12,744 nt of DNA, taken from Octopus sinensis (Eukaryota). Position 1 is the first letter of the stretch. Every line of letters begins with the position of its first letter. A program made the position numbers and the translations under genes. The stretch covers positions 1-12,744 of the forward strand of contig NW_021826507.1 in NCBI RefSeq assembly GCF_006345805.1, written 5' to 3'. Positions 8,898 to 12,744 of the stretch are shown here, one piece after another. The notes beneath the pieces are model-generated. The model was not told the origin of the DNA. It ran no database searches and was given only the letters and a program-made list of their open reading frames with translations.

Positions 8898-9131
8898 CTA
8901 ATGAATTAAAAAAAAAATTCTGTTAGCTTGCTTTCCTCGGGTCAACACGATTTGTATATTGTATGTGGTGATTGACAATTTAAAGAGTGTTTCTCAGTGA
9001 ACTGGCATAAAATCTTTTTTTTTTTTTTTGCCCTTATTTATAATTGTTTATAATTTTCACCTTAGAAGGTATCTTAAGAAGCTGGACATATGAAAAAAAT
9101 TTTTTTTAATTATCCTATATTAGAAGTTAAT

Positions 9132-9143
9132 TATATATATATC

Positions 9144-9195
<52 letters not shown>

Positions 9196-9225
9196 GTGTG
9201 TGTATGTATGTATGTATGTATATAT
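9132..9225. repeat. Compound microsatellite (TA)n(TG)n(TATG)n
   Basis: Direct reading; marks the end of homology of HHR copy C. Confidence 0.95.
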
Positions 9226-9732
9226 GAATAGTACAAAACGTGCATTCATGAAATCATGTGGCTGTCACAGTAAGCTTCCTATTCGGAATCGGCTATCAGT
9301 CTATATAATAAGCAATTACAATGTATAATGTAATATGCCCATGCTACAGACCCGTCAACAAGAGATGTCAATCTGTTAGGGAATTATTCTTAAACACGAA
9401 CTCTGAGAATTAAGCGAAAAACTTCATTATCATAAATATACTGAAACAACATCTAAACCCCCAACCACGGGTCTGCACTTAAACTACAGACAATATATGC
9501 CCTATAAATATTCATATCATCAAGATAGTAAAATCCCAAACTTAAAATGGTAAAATGTCATCTTGGAGAAATTATCCGGAATTCAAACAAATGACGGAGA
9601 TGTACTTGCATGGCAAGTGACCTGATCTGAGATCGTGTGCTGGAACGAAAACAATTGCAGCGTGGAAGGTGACTATAAGCCATTTAAGGAACACACAAAA
9701 ACCGTTAGATTCACCTCGACATTTAAATCTAA

Positions 9733-9783
9733 TTTCTCAAAATATTTTCGTCGCTTTGAGACCGTGACCTGTTCATTGACAAA
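9733..9783 (-). ncRNA. Variant hammerhead-like motif E (core AUGAACA, probably decayed from GUGAACA)
   Basis: Minus: TTTGTCA ATGAACA G GTCAC GGTCTCAAA GCGAC GAAA ATATT T|TGAGAAA. Palindromic AAUAUU stem III is intact; one mismatch each in stems I and II. Confidence 0.5.
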
Positions 9784-9855
9784 ACTCCGTGATGCATCAC
9801 GAGATGTATGTTACTTAAATGGCTTATAAACACCTTCCACGATGCAACACGTAGT

Positions 9856-9906
9856 TTTGTCAGTGAACAGGTCGCTGTCTCAAAGCGACGAAACTATTTT
9901 GACAAA
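9856..9906 (+). ncRNA. Variant hammerhead-like motif F with G3-C8 core (GUGAACA)
   Basis: TTTGTCA(9856-62)/TGACAAA(9900-06) is a perfect 7-bp stem I; GTGAACA 9863-69; GTCGCT/AGCGAC perfect 6-bp stem II; GAAA 9890-93; ACTATT stem III one substitution from the palindrome; UUU triplet. Confidence 0.6.
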
Positions 9907-10038
9907 CAAATGACATAAATGCAATATTACGTAGTTCAAGCTCCGGAGTGTGTATGAGGCAAATGTTTTTCGAAGTCGGTTACTTGTAGAGAAAGGCCAT
10001 GTTCTGTAGAGTAAAGCTTGTCATGGTATCAGGTTTAA

Positions 10039-10449
10039 GGCGGCGAACTGGCAGAAACGCCGGGCGAAATGCTTAGCGGTATTTCGTCTGCCGTTACGTT
10101 CTGAGTTCAAATTCCGCCGAGGTCGACTTTGCCTTTCATCCTTTCGGAGTCGATCAATTAAGTACCAGTTACGCACTGGGGTCGATATAATCGATTTAAT
10201 CCGTTTGTCTGTCCTTGTTTGTCCTCTCTGTGTTTAGCCCCTTGTGGGTAGTAAAGAAATAGGTATTTCGTCTGCCGTTACGTTCTGAGTTCAAATTCCG
10301 CCGAGGTCGACTTTGCCTTTCATCCTTTCGGAGTCGATCAATTAAGTACCAGTTACGCACTGGCGTCGATATAATCGACTTAATCCGTTTGTCTGTCCTT
10401 GCTTGTCCTCCCTGAGTTTAGCCCCCTGTGGGTAGTAAAGAAAATAGGT
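10039..10449 (+). mobile_element. SINE family 2 head-to-tail dimer, 184-bp period
   Basis: The second unit restarts at GGTATTTCGTC 10262 (first at 10078). Both share the variant CGGAGTCGATCAATT. Confidence 0.9.
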
Positions 10450-11081
10450 TCATGTTCAAAAGAACACTGAATGATGGATTCGATCTATCACATTGTTTTG
10501 CTGCTTCACGTTCGACAATAATAAACTAAATCTCGGAGACGTAAACAACTATTGGTTCATAGTTTTCTTGGATATAATGTACAATTTAAACACAGGCTAA
10601 CACATCCCCGCGTCCGGAATCAGTGTGAGAAAGACGTTATAATGACCAATGTGTAATTACGGACAAAGAAAAATATCTGAGGGTTTAGTGAATTGTTTCT
10701 CATCAAATGTTTCTCCTTAAGGAAATGAAGCAAGCAGCTGCACGGCAACGATCTGAAAATATGATGAAATAAATAAGTAGGCGCTTGACTAAATTCCTAT
10801 TCGTTTTGATACTAAAGCCACCTGGTTTTGTCGTTGTTTCAAATGTTTAATTGTATGCCATTAAAGGACTGAGAACAAAATTTACGACTGAAGTATTGAT
10901 AGTACCCGAAGATAAAACTACAGTTACACACAGAATTAGATTATCAAGAGGGAATATTTGGTGCTGGAGCTAATTTATAATGATTTTTGCCTTAACGGTG
11001 GACTCCTTTTCAGGCCTGTTAAGGAAATGTAAAGGATTTACACAAGAATCGGCACCATATTATAGGCACCATTTCTTTTTT

Positions 11082-11321
11082 AGGCGCAGGAGTGCCTGTG
11101 TGGTAAGTAGCTTGCTTACCAACCACATGGTTCTGGGTTCATTCCCACTGTGTGGCCGCTTGGCCATGTGTCTTCTACTATAGCCTCGGGCCGACCAAAG
11201 CCTTGTGAGCGGATTTGGTTGACGGAAACTGAAAAAAGCCCGTCGTATATATGTATATATATATATATATGTGTGTGTGAAAGAGAGAGAGAGAGAGAGA
11301 GAGAAAGCGTGTGTGTGTGTG

Positions 11322-11365
<44 letters not shown>

Positions 11366-11567
11366 TGTGTCTGTGTTTGTCCCCCCAACATCGCTTGACA
11401 ACCGATGCTGGTGTGTTTAGGTCCCCGTAACTTAACTTCGGCAAAGAGACCGATAGAATAAGTACTAGGCTTACAAAGAATAAGTTCTGGGGTCAATTTA
11501 CTCGACTAAAGGCAGTGCTCCAGCATGGCCACAGTCAAATGACTGAAACAAGTAAATGAGTAAAAGA

Positions 11568-11569
<2 letters not shown>
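11082..11569 (+). mobile_element. SINE family 1, full length, with expanded (TA)(TG)(GA)(TG) interior; followed by (TA)n to 11602
   Basis: AGGCGCAGGAGTGCCTGTGTGGTAAG head, microsatellite about 11245-11385, GAGTAAAAGAG tail. Confidence 0.9.
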
Positions 11570-11605
<36 letters not shown>

Positions 11606-11610
11606 TATTT

Positions 11611-11967
11611 GTGAAGTATATTTGCCTCTTAAATGTGGCTAACCCCTAAGGGTGGATGCTACTGTAGCTTGTAGCTCCAGGAAGACACCTCCTCTAGCTG
11701 GCTATTGACACACTTTCTGTGCCCATGTAGTATTTGCAAAGGGAAGCCATCCTCCCCCTCTTCAACCTGTATGATACACATGGACTCGAGTCTCTGGGTA
11801 TTGACCCGTCATCAGCATGTGACAATCAGCTATTGTCGATGAAAATACTGATAGGGCACAGAAAGTGTGTCAATAGCCACCTAGAGGAGGTGTCCTCATG
11901 GGGCTACAAGCTAGAGTAGCGTCCACCCTTATCGGTTAGCCACATTTAAGTAGCAAATATACTTCAC
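11611..11967. mobile_element. Fold-back element: 114-bp inverted arms around a 129-nt spacer containing a hammerhead motif
   Basis: 11611-11724 vs reverse complement of 11854-11967: 104/114 identical with no indels. No TSD found. Confidence 0.8.
11777..11821 (-). ncRNA. Minimal type I hammerhead motif D with GAAA changed to GAGA
   Basis: Minus: CACATG CTGATGA C GGGT CAAT ACCC A GAGA CTCGA GTC|CATGTG. Perfect 6-bp stem I, 4-bp stem II, palindromic ACTCGAGT stem III, GUC triplet. Confidence 0.7.
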
Positions 11968-11999
11968 GATGCCGTGCAGCTACTGTTTATACCTCTCGC

Positions 12000-12048
12000 A
12001 TATATATATATATACAATCACACACACACACACACATATATATATATA
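12000..12048. repeat. (TA)n(CA)n(TA)n microsatellite
   Basis: Direct reading. Confidence 0.95.
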
Positions 12049-12120
12049 ATTCAGGAAATATCAGAAGGTAGAAAGTCAAAAATTTCTGCTGTCAGTAAAA
12101 ACACATCTCGTTCTTTGCAG

Positions 12121-12270
12121 TGTCTTTGCGATTACAGACTTTTGCGAGACTCTACTGGTCACCTAACGAAATCTACCACATGGATATTAGAACCGGAAAG
12201 TTAGTAAAAACGACTGCTATAATCCACACCAATAGTAATACTGACAGGATCTATGTTAAAAATGTTAGAT
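12121..12270 (+). CDS. Candidate internal exon (phase 1-1, 150 nt), product unknown
   Basis: Acceptor TTCTTTGCAG and donor GTAAGC; only one of three frames is open: SLRLQTFARLYWSPNEIYHMDIRTGKLVKTTAIIHTNSNTDRIYVKNVR. Overlaps a competing minus-strand candidate at 12201-12337. Confidence 0.25.
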
Positions 12271-12605
12271 GTAAGCATATGTATAAGATCAGCTTCGGTG
12301 GCTTCTGATTTTTGCATCGTATCACCGTCAGCATCTACTGAATTAGAAAGAGGAAAATTATTACATCGCGTCTATATTGAATAACGAAATTAATTACATT
12401 ATAAGATTAGGCGAAGTTTTAAACAGGTGTTGTGAATATACATAACTCGCATTTGAACATCAAGTCGCTGGAATGAGGTAGTTAAAACAATTGTCGGCCA
12501 AATCGTGATGCAGACCAACATATCCTGTAGGGAAAAATCTGTCACGATATTCACATAAAGAATGGCCTCTCATAAATCTGATTTAGGTCCGTCATTTCTT
12601 ACTAG

Positions 12606-12669
12606 GAAAGCTATGCCTCTGCTATTCAGGAACACGAGAAAGCTATTAAATGTTTGATCAATGAGACAG
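12606..12669 (+). CDS. Candidate small exon (phase 0-1, 64 nt), weakly TPR-like
   Basis: Acceptor CATTTCTTACTAG and donor CAG|GTAATT; reads ESYASAIQEHEKAIKCLINET. Phase does not match direct splicing from the 12121-12270 candidate. Confidence 0.25.
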
Positions 12670-12744
12670 GTAATTATGAATCGACAGTGATGCTATATGT
12701 GTCTACATTCAGCCATGATGATTCAAGAAAACATGAATTTTGCC

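Larger units (their letters stand above)
7777..9133. mobile_element. Hammerhead-bearing non-coding repeat cluster: tandem pair on minus plus inverted copy on plus (retrozyme-like or Penelope-derived)
   Basis: Three related HHRs with homologous flanks. AATTTTCACCTTA...TTATCCTATATTAGAAGT lies downstream of HHR C (9052-9127) and upstream of HHR A (about 8086-8168, minus), which shows a repeating monomer. Confidence 0.75.
9594..9906. mobile_element. Rearranged repeat with two interleaved inverted-repeat pairs, each B arm a variant hammerhead; possibly Penelope-like pLTR derived
   Basis: A 9656-9688 vs A' 9814-9846 (30/33 identical); B 9733-9798 vs B' 9841-9906; 14-nt palindrome CGTGATGCATCACG at 9788-9801. 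Left boundary approximate. Confidence 0.65.

Noticed and set aside
10722-10772. Possible terminal exon EMKQAAARQRSENMMK*
   Set aside because: Only 16 codons, with an AAG acceptor; expected by chance.

Overview
AT-rich, repeat-dense, non-coding eukaryotic DNA. From memory, the SINE families and compound microsatellites look like octopus/cephalopod repeats; no database search was run. No complete gene is present. The window holds about 14 insertions of four tRNA-derived SINE families, an internally deleted mariner, a non-autonomous Helitron, a decayed RTE-type LINE fragment and many microsatellites, plus weak candidate exons at the 3' end. The main unexpected result is seven type I hammerhead ribozyme (HHR)-like motifs from four apparently unrelated repeat families. 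(i) A minimal Penelope-type HHR at 80-125. (ii) Three related HHRs at 7843-7899, 8676-8732 and 8840-8897, forming a head-to-tail pair (about 460-nt monomer once an inserted SINE is removed) plus a fold-back copy, i.e. retrozyme-like or Penelope-like architecture. (iii) Two copies of a variant at 9733-9783 and 9856-9906 whose core reads GUGAACA instead of CUGANGA, an apparent G3-C8 swap of the C3-G8 pair. (iv) A minimal HHR with GAAA changed to GAGA in the loop of a 114-bp inverted repeat at 11611-11967. All folds were done by eye and activity is untested.
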